A DNA stretch of 64,000 nucleotides from Felis catus (taxonomy: Eukaryota): the NCBI RefSeq assembly GCF_018350175.1, contig NC_058382.1, forward strand, positions 51,152,001 to 51,216,000, written 5' to 3'. The notes beneath the pieces are model-generated. The model made no database searches and was not told the origin of the DNA. It saw only the letters and a program-made list of their open reading frames with translations. Position 1 is the first letter of the stretch; every line of letters begins with the position of its first letter. The position numbers and the translations under genes are program-made. Positions 51,491 through 64,000 of this stretch are shown here, in pieces.

Positions 51491-52429
51491 ATGACACAAC
51501 AATAATAATTTATAACTCCTATCAACCCCATGCAAAGTGTCCATACATTTTGCATTAGTCCTCATAGACTCTTTCCTTCCAACTTTACCAGACTAAAGGA
51601 AAATATTCAGGCAGAAGGGACAGCGAAGGACCCCAAGTGCCCATGAGGTTCCGGGGGGTGCTTACTTGGCTGTTAAAAATTGGACCTGAGCATGGGGGAG
51701 AAGGCAGAGGCAAGTGTGACCTCAAGGGAACGACCTAAGTCACTTTGGGCCCGACTGCTATTGCCGTAACTAGGAGAAGAAGTGAGTTTGGAGGAAGGGG
51801 ATGAAGTTCAGTTTAGAACAATTTGAATTTGAGGATAACTATCCAACTGAGCCTCAAAGGTGTTGACTTGTCTACCATCACCAGGAAACTGGCAGGCCCT
51901 TGAGGGCATGGACTGTGCCATCTAACCCCTAGAAGGCCCCAAGGAATATGTGCTCAATTAATGAAGAAATAAATTAAAGCTAAATTATCCAAAAATAATT
52001 ACAGAACAATTAGGTCCCAATGTCTTCTGTGAGCCTGATGATCATTACGTTTATTAGGAATTCCAAAAAGTTCTGTGATGCCTGCTAGTGGGAATGATGG
52101 TGCGTCCGTGGAAGAGGTAATGCTAAAGCTGTACTTGGAAGATGTAGTGGAAGAAAGGGAGTAGGACATTCTAGACTGGGAGAGGAGCTAGAAGAAGGTG
52201 CTCATGCCTCCCTGCCTAATTTGATAACGCCACTGTGTTGTGCAGAATTCTATCACTGTTTCAAGTAATGAGAGCACTGGAGTGAAGCAAGTACTAAGGG
52301 ACCCCATTTCACCTGAAAACTGGAGACCCATCACAGTGACCAGAGAAGTAGAGGGTACCAGAAAGGCATTTTTCTTGGAGAAAAAGGTCACAGGAAGTTA
52401 AACAAAAAAAAAAGGGGGGGGGTGTCCCT

Positions 52430-52662
52430 GGGTCACCTGGGTGGCTCAGTCAGTTAAACATCCGACTTGTGATTCCAGCTCAGGTCATGAGCTCACAGTT
52501 TGAGTTCAAGCCCCACATGGGTCTCCGTGCTGACAGCGCAGACCTGCTTGAGATTGTCTCTTTCCTTTTCTCTCTGCCCCTCCCCAGTCATGTTCTATCT
52601 CTCCCTTCCTCCTCTCTCCCTCTCTCCCTCCCCCTCAAAAATAAAAAAAATAAATAAATAAA
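52430..52662 (+). mobile_element. Can-SINE
   Basis: Head, CT region, tail; gtccct on both flanks. Confidence 0.9.
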
Positions 52663-53381
52663 GGGTCCCTAACTGCATCTTTCTATCTCCTTCAGCTAAG
52701 TCAGGAGACCATTTGGTCTGTCTCTATTGAAATCCAAGGAATAGGAAATAAGGCAGCTGGTGGTGATGTTTTGTGCCTCGTTTTCTGATTACATACAAGA
52801 CGGAGGGAAAAAAAGGGGGGAATTTTGAGCCATTCTGATAAACAAATCCAGAAGCTAACTGCATGGTTTTGTTGCCTTTACCTCCAAAGGAGTTTTTTGG
52901 AGAAAAAGTTACAATGAAAATTTCTATTTAAAAAAGAGGAAGAGTCTAACTCCCATAATTGTTTCCAATTTAAGAAAAAAATATCTTCAAAAGGAAAGTG
53001 TTACTTCTAAGCTAGTTGTTCCATATGCATTTTAAAAAGAAAATATGGCACAACCTAAAGCAGCTTTCTGTCAGCTTTTGGGGATTTGCAGGAGAATGAT
53101 CAAAGGGGCCCTTTCTCTCTGTCTGAGATATATAAACTCTTATCAGTCTCCTCTTAAAAGGCTCTCTGGGTGTAGGCAGTTACTCCTCTATCATAACTGT
53201 TTACTCTTACAGGGAATAGAACTCTCATGGCTGGTTTTATGAATGTCTTAGTCATCTGCAAGGAAGTACTTTGAAACATTAGAAAATCCATTCAAATCTT
53301 ATTTAACTGGCAGCAGGTGACTTGGAAATGATTTTGTGCTCCTTCTTGTTTTCTAATTCTTTGAAGAATGATGATGCTCAC

Positions 53382-53426
53382 CGGCTTCATTACTTCCACA
53401 GGGAATCAGATCTGGGATCCAGGGAC
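53382..53426 (-). other. Candidate internal exon (45 nt)
   Basis: Acceptor cctctgtttgcacag|, donor CCG|gtgagc. Confidence 0.3.
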
Positions 53427-53589
53427 CTGTGCAAACAGAGGCACCCACCCATCACCATTATGCAGTGGACACCTTCTGAGTCTTGGTGACCAGATTGTGG
53501 CCTTGTATTCTGGGCAGGCAGTTCTGAAGGTTGCTCCTGCTCTTGCATATTAATATGGGCACTAGAATAGAGCAGAGGTGGCGTGGAAT

Positions 53590-53790
53590 AGTGGATGAGG
53601 CTTCATGAAGTCTGGAGGTGCACATTCCAGTTCGACTTGACTGAATGCTTCAGCCTTTCTAAGCTTCTTTGTAACTTATCTCTAAAATAGGATAGTGATA
53701 GCCATTCCAAAGGAGTGCTGAGGATTAAATGAGATAGTATATATCAGATGTCTCCTATACATGATACACAGTATTGGTTCAGTGAATTAT
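53590..53790 (+). mobile_element. MIR
   Basis: tctctaaaataggatagtgatag...gctgaggattaaatgagata. Confidence 0.65.
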
Positions 53791-54226
53791 GATTGTTGCC
53801 AGTGCCGGGGGGCGGGGAGGGTACTCCTGGCAGTGGTATTGTTATAGGATTTTCAGTATTCAACCAATGGAAGAAAAAATTTAAGTGGAATACTCCTTTC
53901 CAAATTACCCATGTTGATTTCAAAGCGTTACAGTAGGAATGATTAATACAAATAATACGAAATTTCCATTTTTCAGTATGGGATATTTTTGTTGTTTTAA
54001 TTTATGTTTTATTAAAGCTAATAGATGCTTATTTTCAAATATTTAAATGATACAGTTGTACCAAGTGGGAAATGAAAGCACCTTATCATCTCATACCTTT
54101 CTGCTCTGAGATGTGGTAATTATCATTTCAAATCTGTTTGTGTATACATATACAAAGAGTGCTAGGACAAAATCATGAACTTTTCACTCAGCAATAAGAT
54201 TTTATTTTGATGTGACGGTGGGCCAT

Positions 54227-54448
54227 TTATTTATTAAAAAAAATTTTTTTTAATGTTTATTTTTGAGAGAGAGAGAGACAGTGCGAGTAGGGGAGGTGCA
54301 GAGAGAGAGGGAGACACAGAATCCAAAGCAGGCTCCAGGCTCTGAGCTGTCAGCACAGAGCCCAATGCAGGGCTCAAACTCACAAACTGCGAGATCATGA
54401 CCTGAGCTGAAGTAGGACGCTTAACTGATTGAGCCACACAGGCACCCC
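54227..54448 (-). mobile_element. Can-SINE
   Basis: TSD ggtgggccat. Confidence 0.93.
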
Positions 54449-55096
54449 AATGGTGGGCCATATAATTTCTAGGTCCTCATCTTTGGGGTGGAGCCCACTG
54501 GGAATATTAGATTTTTGATCCAGTCTTAAGCCAAGAGCAAAGTAGGCTTTCAGATTGCTCTAACAGAGGGGTTGTGAGTTGTCTATTATTAAATCACGTC
54601 TAATAATCTCAGCATTTCCTGTTGGACTTTACTTATAGAGTAATGCCTTTTGTTGAGGGATAATTTCAAAAAGTTAAAAACACAACTTACATAAACATAT
54701 GATAAGGATATGCCAACAGTTTAATTAAGTTTGTTAAGAAATGAAGCAATCAATCAGATGATATACCTGTTTCAAAGCAGAATTCAAGGAACAGAAATGT
54801 AAAGAGTCATTCAGATGAATGGTGAAATGAATTTGTTAATAGATATAAAACTGGCTAATGCTCTTTAGGACCATAAACTGAAACCTTTGGAGTGTAGATT
54901 TCTGGTGAGATAGAAATCTAAAAGTGAACATATTAAATGATATTATCAATGCTCCCATCAAGTAGTAAAGAACAAAATCAAACACAGATGGGTCCTCTTA
55001 AATAATTGAATAATCCTTGGATGAGACCTTTTAATGATGACCTATGACTTTAAAAAGGACACATTGTCATCTTTTCATTTAAGTTTTGGACATTAT

Positions 55097-55168
55097 TTTT
55101 TTTTTTTTTTTGAGAGTGAGAGAGCATGGAGACAGTATGAGCAGGGGAGAGGGGCAAAGGGAGCAAGG

Positions 55169-55214
<46 letters not shown>

Positions 55215-55336
55215 CTCAGGCAGATTCCACACTCAGCCCAGAGCCTCATGTGGGGCTCAACCCCATGACTTTGAGATCATGACCTGAGCAGAAATCAAGA
55301 TTCAGTTGCTCAGCTGAATGAGCCACCCAGGTGCCC
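55097..55336 (-). mobile_element. Can-SINE with (GA)n
   Basis: TSD ttggac(a/g)tta. Confidence 0.9.
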
Positions 55337-57603
55337 TTGGACGTTAATTATTCTTAAGAATTATTTAAACTTGTTCTTGGTTGTTATGGTCACTGTGTCC
55401 CTGTTATCTTGACCCACAAAATCTTCACTTCCTATGTCTTTGATGTCCTTTTCGTGTCTTTCATAATTTAAGAAAAAGGTTTTATTAAAAAAACAAGACC
55501 TTAAATTTTTTTCATTTACTCTTTTTATCTTCTCAATACATAAAGCAGCAATGGGGAGACTAGTCCCTTGTCACCAGCAAGGTAATTTTATCTTCCGTTG
55601 TAGAGCTGATTTCACAAGTATTTGTAGTGATTAACTATTAAAACTCCTGTTCTCTTACTATTTTTGCATGTTTCCCTATTTCAAGCTTATAATAAATTCC
55701 TCCCATGCTCTATCCTACCCCCAAGACCATATAAGGTGTCTCTTATGTGTCCTAATGCACTTGTCACCCTATTATGATACGTTTCCCAGCCACCTACTTC
55801 CACCAACACACCTTTTTAATAACTTGGAAAATCAGACTGTTCTTGTCTCCTGTTTCCTTAGGGATTGACTTATATTAGGTGCTCCATAAGTAATCCTGAA
55901 TCAAAGAATGATGTATGGACACTATTCTTATAGTCAATGAAGCAAATGTAAAACTAAAAACAAAAAAAAAATTAATTCAAAACATCCTTCTTTATCTCTC
56001 CCTCATAGTTTTCTTTTAATCATTCTACCGAACTTTCTTTGTCACTCATTTTAAACATCATAAAGCTCTCCACCTTTTAATGTATTAATTAGTATTTTTG
56101 CCTTGACCCAAGACCAGTTGTTCTTCTTTAGGTGAAATATTGAAAAATGGTTAAATTCTGAGTGTCCCAACTCAAAGTTGAACTTAGCTGTTCAAAACCA
56201 GTTTTACTGACTATAATTAATTTCGCTCTATAATAGCTATAAAACAGACTTCTCCCCTGTAAGAGCCAAAAAACATTTAGCACATCATTCTTAATTTTTT
56301 TAGAAAAGAACTGAATCAAAAGAGTTCCTTATCATATAGCAATTTCATGGTGAGACTAAGACTGTTTTTTTGGTACTCAAACTAGTGGGTGAAATATTAG
56401 ACTCCACAGTGACAAGTTGGTGTGTATTACCTAGCCAATGTCCCTGTTCATTTTTGATCCCAGATACATGGTAAATGGAAACAAGCAATGATATTCTCTG
56501 GTTGGGCAATACTTGTTCTGCCTGTGAGGTAATCAAAGACCAAGGCTTATTAGGTGAGTCAACAGTAATACTTGCAATACTGGACAATCTCACACTGCCA
56601 TAATGAGAAATGAATGATGCTACAAAGTTGAAGAAGCAGAAAGATAGCCTTCCCTTATTAATATTAATCATTGGCAGGTAACATAGTGAGTGCTCAGTAA
56701 ATGCCTGTTAATGCTACTGTTACTATGAAAGCCCTTCTCCCCATCCCCATCTGCCAGGTCTTATATATACACTGACCAGGCAAGAAGGAGTACTGCTTCT
56801 AGGATATGGAAAATCAGAAATAGGGTCTCTTCTTACCTTCTTTCAGAAAACGAATGGGAACCAATAGGAAAATAGAGAATAGTGATTAAACCAAAAAAGG
56901 TTGTCTTTTGAAAAGGGCAATCAAATTGACGACTCAAGGGGTGTATTAATCAAGGAAAAATGGGAAAATGTGCAGATTACCATTATCTGGAATGATAAAA
57001 GAACATCACGATGGATATATCACACATAATAATAAAATTAGGGAATATTATAAAGAACTTTATGCTAATAAATTTGAAAGTGTAGGTGAATTGGACAAAT
57101 TCCATGACAGATAAAGATTTCCAAAATACACACAAGAATAATTAGAAATGTAATTACCGCTGCATCAGTCAAGGAAATTGACTTTGTTCACTGAAATTTT
57201 CTTACCATCCAAATGAACTTTGCTTCACCACTTAATCTAACAAACTTTTAAGGCAGAAATAATACATTCATTCACAAACTCTAAGAAAAAAGAAGAGAAA
57301 TGTCTTTTCTTAGGTTATTTTATCAGTGAAAAATTATGATGACACTGAACACAAGAAAATACATACATACATGCACACACACACACACACACACACACCC
57401 TCTAACATTGATATTCTTCAGGAACATACACATAAATTCCACAAGAAAATATTAGCAAATTAAATACAGCAATGTGACTGAAAGTTGATTTATCTTTCCA
57501 AAAACCAAATAATGCAGTTTACTACATTAACCAAATAAATGGTTAAAGAGAATCCATTTAATTATATATGTAGATGCAGAAAAAAAAATCTAGCAAAATT
57601 CAA

Positions 57604-57803
57604 TTTTTTGAGAGAGAGAGAGAGAGAGACAGAGTGGAAGTAGGGGAGGGGCAGATAGGGAGGGAGTCAGAGAATCCCAAGCAGGCCCCAAGCCACCAGC
57701 ATAGTGCGTGATGCAGGGCTCGAACTCATGAACCATGAGATCATGACCTGAGCCGAAAACCAAGAGTCAGATGCTTAACCAACTGAGCCACCCAGGCACC
57801 CCC
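57604..57803 (-). mobile_element. Can-SINE nested in an old L1
   Basis: Antisense body and head. Confidence 0.9.
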
Positions 57804-58260
57804 CAACAGTTATTTTTGATAATATCTCTCAGAAACATAGCAATAGGAGAGAATATTTGTTAACATATCAAAGAACGTATAATAACACTTTACAACCAAC
57901 ATCATACTTAATAGTGAAAGACTGAATGATTTCTCCTTAAGATAGGCAGCACGGTAAAGATTTCTGCTCTTATACCCGCCATTATTCAACCCTACTATTC
58001 TTTATTGTAACAAAAGTTCTAGTCAGTATATAAGGCAATTCAAAGGAATAAAAGTCATAATGATTGGAAAATAATAAGGAAAACAGTTGTTATTCGTGGA
58101 TGGCAAAATCTTGTCTGTAAAATTTCTTAAGAAATCTAAAGAAAAGCTACTATAACCGATACGTGAATTTGACTAAGTCACAGGGACAAGAACAATGTAG
58201 AAAATTCACTCGTACTCATTTGTATACGACAGGAACAATTACAAATTGAAATTAAGAATT

Positions 58261-58393
58261 GGGGCGCCTGGGTGGCTCAGTCGGTTGAGCTTGAGCGTCT
58301 GACTTCAGCTCCAGTCATGATCTCGCAGTTGATGAGATGGAGCCCCGCGTCGGGCTCTGTGCTGACAGCTCGGAGCCTGGAGCCTACTTCAGA

Positions 58394-58438
<45 letters not shown>

Positions 58439-58512
58439 TCTCTCTCTCTCTCTCTGCCCCTCCCCCACTCACACTCTGTCTCTCCTTCAAAAATAAACAT
58501 TAAAAAAAATTT
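58261..58512 (+). mobile_element. Can-SINE with an internal (TG)n microsatellite
   Basis: (TG)n expanded before the (CT)n. Confidence 0.93.
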
Positions 58513-59505
58513 TGTAATAAAAATCAATACCTACTCAACAGCATAAAAATAAGAAATAGTTAAGAACAAATTTAACAAAATATGTGCCAGACTCATAACA
58601 CTAAATACAAAACTGCAGAGAGAAATTTTAAAGGGTATAATAAATAAAGATAAAATGCTCATGGTTTGAAAGGCTCAATATTGGTATCAGTTTTCCTTAA
58701 AATAATCTCTAGATTCAAATCAATTCCAGTCAAAAGCCTAGCAGGCATTTTTGACAAGCAGTATCTAAATTGTATATGCTGCAGGCTCTGTATGCAATGG
58801 AAATAGCCAAGATGGGTTAAAAAAAAAAAAAAGAATACATCTAAAAGAATAACACTACAAAATTTCAAGTATATCATAAAGCTACAGTAACAAAATGTGG
58901 TATTAGCATGAGAATACTTATATAGGTAGTAGAGGAAAATATCCAGAAACAAACTCACACATGTAGGGTGAGTTGATTTTCAACAAAGAGGCTAGGGTAA
59001 TATAATGGAGAAAATTGGTCTTCTCAAGAAATTATGCCAGAACAATTGATGTTATATGGAAAATAATTAACTTTTATTCTGTCTCCAGACCACACACAAA
59101 TATTGACTTGAAATGGATCTTAAACGTAAGGGCAAAAGTTTATGCCTACAACTTCTAGAGGAAAACAAAACATTTTTACAACCTTGGCATAGGCAAAGAA
59201 TTCCTATATTACAACAATTACAAAAACATGAAAGGTTTAGAAAACAACTTTTGCTTAATTAAAGGAAAATATGTGTATTATTCAGAAGACACTGTTAAGG
59301 AAAAAAAGCCAGACTAAAAGAAAACAGCGAATATTTTATGCAATAAAATAAAACCATTTATTTAAAATTTATTGAAAAATAAAACAGTTAACTTGAAATG
59401 CATCAATGTAGCTCTGTTTGCCTCGAGATAATTCCAATGAAGAGCTTCACAAAATGTAAAAAGCATGGTGTGTCTGGTGGAGCTCCATATCCCTGGATAG
59501 GAAAA

Positions 59506-59549
<44 letters not shown>

Positions 59550-59571
59550 CAGAGAGAGACTGAGAGACCCC

Positions 59572-60177
59572 TATGGTAGTCAAAATAATGCCCCTCCAAA
59601 GATAGCCAGACACTGATCCTTGGAACCTATAAATGTCATATTAAATAACATTATGTATATTAATGTTACAAATGGAATCAAGTTTGTAATCAGGTCACTG
59701 AAAAATAGATTATCATGGGGGCACCTGGGTGGCTCATTTGGTTAAAGTGGCTGACTTCGGCTCAGGCCATGATCTCACTGTTTGTGGGTTCGAGCCCCGC
59801 GTCGGAGTCTGTGCTGACAGCTCGGAGCCTGGAGCCTGCTTCAGATTCTTTGTCTCCCTCTCTGCCCCTCCCCTGCTCATTTTCTCTCTCTCTTTCTCTC
59901 TTTCTCATTCTCTCTTTCTCTTAAAGAATAAATAAACATTTAAAAGGTTTTAAAAAATAGATTATCGTGGCTTATCAGAGTGGAGCCAATGCAATCACAA
60001 AGATCCTTTAAATGTGAGAAAAGACGGCAGAAGAGTCAATGTCGTACACTGTGATGTGAGAAACACTCGACCAGCCATCGCTGGCTTGGAAGATGGAAAG
60101 GCGCCATGAGACCAAAACTGGGGGCAACCAGCAGTTGGAAAAAGCCAAAAATGAAAAAGAGAAATTCCTCTCTAGAA
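59572..60177 (+). mobile_element. MaLR LTR (MLT1D/E-like), split by a SINE
   Basis: aataatgcccctccaaagat...caatgcaatcacaaagatccttta...gccatcgctggcttggaagatgga. Confidence 0.75.
59717..59951 (+). mobile_element. Can-SINE nested in an MLT1 LTR
   Basis: TSD aaaaatagattatc(a/g)tgg. Confidence 0.93.
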
Positions 60178-60666
60178 AAATATTAAAATATCTAGGACAT
60201 ATTCAATTATGTTTTAAAATCTAATGTGATACTGATGAAGGAATGCACAAATAGACAAATTAAATAGATAATCATTATGTAGTCTCAAATACATCTGCAA
60301 ATTTAGTATATGCTAAAGGTGATATCTCAGTTAAGTATGGAAAAAGAGAGCTTTGTAATAGAGGTATTGGGTTAATTGGATATCCATATGGCAAAAATAA
60401 AATTGTGCTCATGAATCATACTGATACTAAAAGAAATCCCAAATTGGTTAGAGATCTAAATATAAAAAGTGAAATTATGGAAAGAATCATGGTAAAATCC
60501 TCTAATACTTGTTAGTAGTGGAAGCATTTGCTAACTATGATTCAAATTCCAGGTGCAGTTAATCAAAATATTGTTAAACTGATTATATATTTTTTAACTC
60601 AAGATTAGTAAAATGTTATATGAGAAAAATAATTACAATTATACCATGGAGAGTTAATGTTTTTAA

Positions 60667-60879
60667 AATTTTTTTTCAACGTTTATTTATTTTTGGGACA
60701 GAGAGAGACAGAGCATGAACGGGGGAGGGGCAGAGAGAGAGGGAGACACAGAATCGGAATCAGGCTCCAGGCTCTGAGCCATCAGCCCAGAGCCTGACGC
60801 GGGGCTCGAACTCACGGACCACGAGATCGTGACCTGGCTGAAGTCGGACGCTTAACCGACTGCGCCACCCAGGCGCCCC
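60667..60879 (-). mobile_element. Young Can-SINE (SINEC_Fc-type)
   Basis: TSD agttaatgtttttaa. Confidence 0.95.
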
Positions 60880-61037
60880 ATAGTTAATGTTTTTAATATG
60901 TAGTTTCTAAAAATAGAGAAACAGTCAATAACCCTGTAGAAAAAATAGGACAAGATATGGACAAGTCACAGGAAAACAATGCCAATGGCTCTTACTCCAA
61001 CCTTATTTCTAGAAGTCACTTGTAAAGACATATATCT

Positions 61038-62565
61038 ATGTCTATACTACCCAAAGCAATCTACACATTTAATGCAATCCCTATCAAATAACCAACAGCA
61101 TTTTTCACAAAACTGGAACAAACAATCCTAAAATTTGTATGGAACGGCAAAAGACCCCAAATAGACAAAGCTATCTTGAAAAGGAAGAGCAAAGCTGGAG
61201 GCATCACAATTCCAGACTTCAGGTTATACTACAGAGCTGTAGTAATCAAAACAGATGATACTGGCACAAAAATAGAACATAAGTCAACAGAATAGAAAAA
61301 TCCAGAAATAAACCCACAATTATATGGTCAATTAATCTTCGACAAAGCAAGAAAGAATATCAAATGGGGAAAAGATAGTCTCTTCAACAAATAGTGTTGG
61401 GAAAACTGGACAGCAAAACACAAAAGAATGAAACTAGACTACTTTATTACACCATACACAAAAATCAATTCAAAATGGATGAAAACCCTAAATGTGAGAC
61501 CAGATACCATAAAAATCTTAGAGAGAGCACAGCAGTTAATTTCTCTGGCATTGGCCACAGGACCTTCTTTCTAGATATGCCTTTTGAAGCAAGGGAAACA
61601 AAAGAAAAAATAAACTATTGGGACTACATCAAATCAGCAAAGCTAAAAGGCAACCTATGGAATGGAATAAGATGTTTGTAAATGGCATATCTGATAAAGG
61701 GTTAGTATCCAAAATATATAAAGAACTTCTAAAACTCAACACCCAAAAATCAAATAACCCAATTAAATATAGGCAGAAGACATGAACAAACTTTTCTCCA
61801 AAGAAGACCTACATATGGCCAACAGACACATGAAAAAGTGCTCATCATCACTTATCATCAGGGAAACGTAAATCAAAACTCCAGTGAGGTATCACCTCAC
61901 ACCTGTCAGGATGCTAAAATCAACAACACAGGAAACAGGTGTTGTTGAGGATGTGGAGAAGGGGGAAGCTCCTTGCACTGTCGGTGGGAGCGCAAACTGG
62001 TGCAACCACCGTGGAAGATAATATGAAAGTTCATCAAAAATTTAAAAATAGAACTACCCTACAAATGAGCCGTCACACTACTGGGTACCCAAAGAATACA
62101 AAAGCACTGATTCAAAGGGATACCTGCACCCCTACGTTTATAGCAGCATTATTCATAATAGCCAAGATATGGAAGCAGCCCAAGTGTTCACTGATAGATT
62201 AATGGATAAAGAAGAGGTAGCATGTATATTATTCAGCCATAAAAAAAGAATGAAATCTTGTCATTCGCAACAACATGGATGGAGGTAGAGACTATAATAC
62301 TAAGTGAAATAAGTCAGAGAAAGTCAAATACCATATGATTTCACTCATATGTGGAATTTAAGAAACTAAACAGAAGAGCAAAGGGAAAAAAAGAGACAGA
62401 AACAACCAAGAACCAGACTCTGAACAGTAGGGAACAAACTGATGGTTACCAGAGGTGGGGTGGAGGGATTCCAGGTGAAATAGGAGATGGGGAATAAGTA
62501 GAGCCCTTGTCATGGTGAGCACTGAGTGGTTAAAATAAAAAATGTAAAAATATGCTTAAAAAATA
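61038..62565 (+). mobile_element. Carnivore LINE-1 3' portion (ORF2 C-terminus and 3' UTR), degenerate
   Basis: ctacccaaagcaatctacacatttaatgcaatccctatc; IQRDTCTPTFIAALFIIAKIWKQPKC; 3' UTR gatggttaccagagg. Confidence 0.9.
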
Positions 62566-62601
62566 AAGACACCTTGTTAAATACAAGAAAAGATGCATGT
62601 A

Positions 62602-63022
62602 TTTTTTTAAATTTTTTTTCCGATCCTTAATTTTTTTTTTCAACGTTTATTTTATTTTTGGGACAGAGAGAGACAGAGCATGAACGGGGGAGGGGCAGAG
62701 AGAGAGGGAGACACAGAATCGGAAACGGGCTCCAGGCTCCGAGCCATCAGCCCAGAGCCTGACGCCGGGCTCGAACTCATGGACCGCGAGATCGTGACCT
62801 GGCTGAAGTCGGATGCTTAACCGACTGCGCCACCCAGGCGCCCTACGATCTTTATTTTAGAGAGAGAGTGCAACTCAGGGAGAGAGGCAGAGGGGGAGAA
62901 TCCCAAGCAGGCTCCACACTCAGCGTGGAGCCCAACGTGGGACTTGATCCCACGACCCTGGGTTCATGACCCAAGCTGAAATCATGAGTCAAACACTCAA
63001 CCCACTGAGCCACCCAGGTGTT
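62602..63022 (-). mobile_element. Young SINEC_Fc-type copy (~62629-62843) inserted in the tail of an older Can-SINE
   Basis: Inner TSD cgatc(c/t)tta; the outer SINE continues at 62846-63022. Confidence 0.9.
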
Positions 63023-63223
63023 CCAACAAGATGTATTCCCACAGAAAACTGTTGAAAGAACCAATTATTAGGAAATGGTTGGATAATCCAGGGCCTATCA
63101 ACACAGAGTACTATACAACTGTATAAAGAATGAGGAGTATCATGAGGTATGCCCTAAAATAAAAATGGCAAGATGACCAAAGCTATATTTAGTGCACCAC
63201 AATGGATGTGCTTATGTCTGTGC

Positions 63224-63336
63224 TTTTTCTTTTAAACTTTTATTTTAAGTAGGCTCCACACCCAATGTGGGGCTTGAACTCACAATCCAGAGACCAAGCC
63301 TCACGTGCTCTACTGACTGAGCCCACCAGGCACCCC
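63224..63336 (-). mobile_element. Short tRNA-derived SINE lacking the CT region
   Basis: tRNA-like head followed directly by an A-rich tail. Confidence 0.8.
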
Positions 63337-63574
63337 TTGTGTCTATACCTATAGGTATTTCCATTAAAGGAGCAACAGGAGGATAAACCACAACATAGTA
63401 AATTGAATCACGGTGGGGGGTGTAGGGCAAGTAGCAGAGAAGAGAGCTGCGGGAAAGGAGTCGAAATTGAATGAGTGAATAAGTTTTGGTTTGGTAGATT
63501 TGGTATTGCAGGTGACTTTGTTTTCTTAAAATCCTAATGCAAATTTAAATTGTATAAAGGTCCTAAATACATTT

Positions 63575-63800
63575 CTTTTTTTTTTTTACACATTTATTCA
63601 TTTTTGAGAGAGAGAGAGAGAGAGAGACAGAGTGTGAGCAGGGGAGGGGCAGAGAGAGAGGCAGACACAGAATCCGAAGCAGGCTCCCGGCTCTGAGCTG
63701 TCAGCACAGAGCCCAACGCAGGGCTTGAACCCCCAAACCATGAGATCATGACCTGAGCCAAAGTCGAATGCTTAACCAACCAAGCCACCCAAGCACCCCA
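63575..63800 (-). mobile_element. Can-SINE
   Basis: TSD ggtcctaaata(c/t)attt. Confidence 0.93.
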
Positions 63801-63833
63801 TGGTCCTAAATATATTTAAAAATAAAACAAAGG

Positions 63834-64000
63834 TGTCTGTTGGTTTTCTAGGGCTGCCATAAGAAAGCACCATAGACTGAGTGGCTTAAACAACAGAAAC
63901 TTATTTCCTCACAGTTCTGGAGCCTAGAAGTCCAAGATCAAGGTTTCAGCAAGGTTGTCTTATTCTGAGAGTATGTCCTTAATTTATAGATTGCCACCTT
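63834..64000 (-). mobile_element. MaLR LTR (MLT1A/C-like), runs off the window
   Basis: ctagggctgccataag...ggcttaaacaacagaaacttatttcctcacagttctggag. Confidence 0.8.

Larger units (their letters stand above)
56860..59340 (+). mobile_element. Old L1M ORF2 fragment (RT region) with nested SINEs
   Basis: tatgctaataaatttgaaagtgtaggtgaattggacaaattc; caacatcatacttaatagtgaaagactgaatg; A-rich degenerate ORF2. Confidence 0.75.

Noticed and set aside
53368..53479. Possible box C/D snoRNA (ATGATGA ... CTGA)
   Set aside because: Terminal stem is out of register and there is no recognisable rRNA or snRNA guide. I also found no convincing C/D pair on the minus strand in 1-26.7 kb.
63224..63336. tRNA gene
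   Set aside because: Degenerate tRNA-derived SINE head with an A tail; no intact cloverleaf.
1762..63788. Recurrent ORFs such as GQRETEHERGRGR and GAPGWRSRLSVRLQPG
   Set aside because: Can-SINE translations, not genes.
1..64000. CRISPR arrays, operons or other prokaryotic systems
   Set aside because: The sequence is mammalian; the repeated units are dispersed SINEs and LINEs, not repeat-spacer arrays.

Overview
Mammalian, repeat-rich, apparently non-protein-coding 64 kb. The dense Can-SINEs (young SINEC_Fc-type copies with perfect TSDs) and L1_Fc-type LINEs point to a felid genome (cat or relative). No intact protein-coding gene, tRNA, rRNA or snoRNA could be supported. The standout is an old, intronless, frameshifted processed pseudogene of NOSIP (+ strand, ~26650-27653). 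It is also the only CpG island in the window (about 65-70 CpGs in ~930 bp by hand count). It carries NRF1, CRE-like, ETS, E-box and GC-box motifs, an antisense TCT/TOP-like pyrimidine tract and an antisense consensus splice donor. This suggests a dead retrocopy reused as a (bidirectional) promoter and first exon, with candidate small exons on both sides. Other observations: a G30 run where the retrocopy poly(A) tail should be, an L1 3' transduction, nested L1/SINE insertions, and an inverted pair of young L1 fragments. Repeat family names come from recalled consensus similarity, not from a database search. All exon and promoter calls are motif-based predictions.
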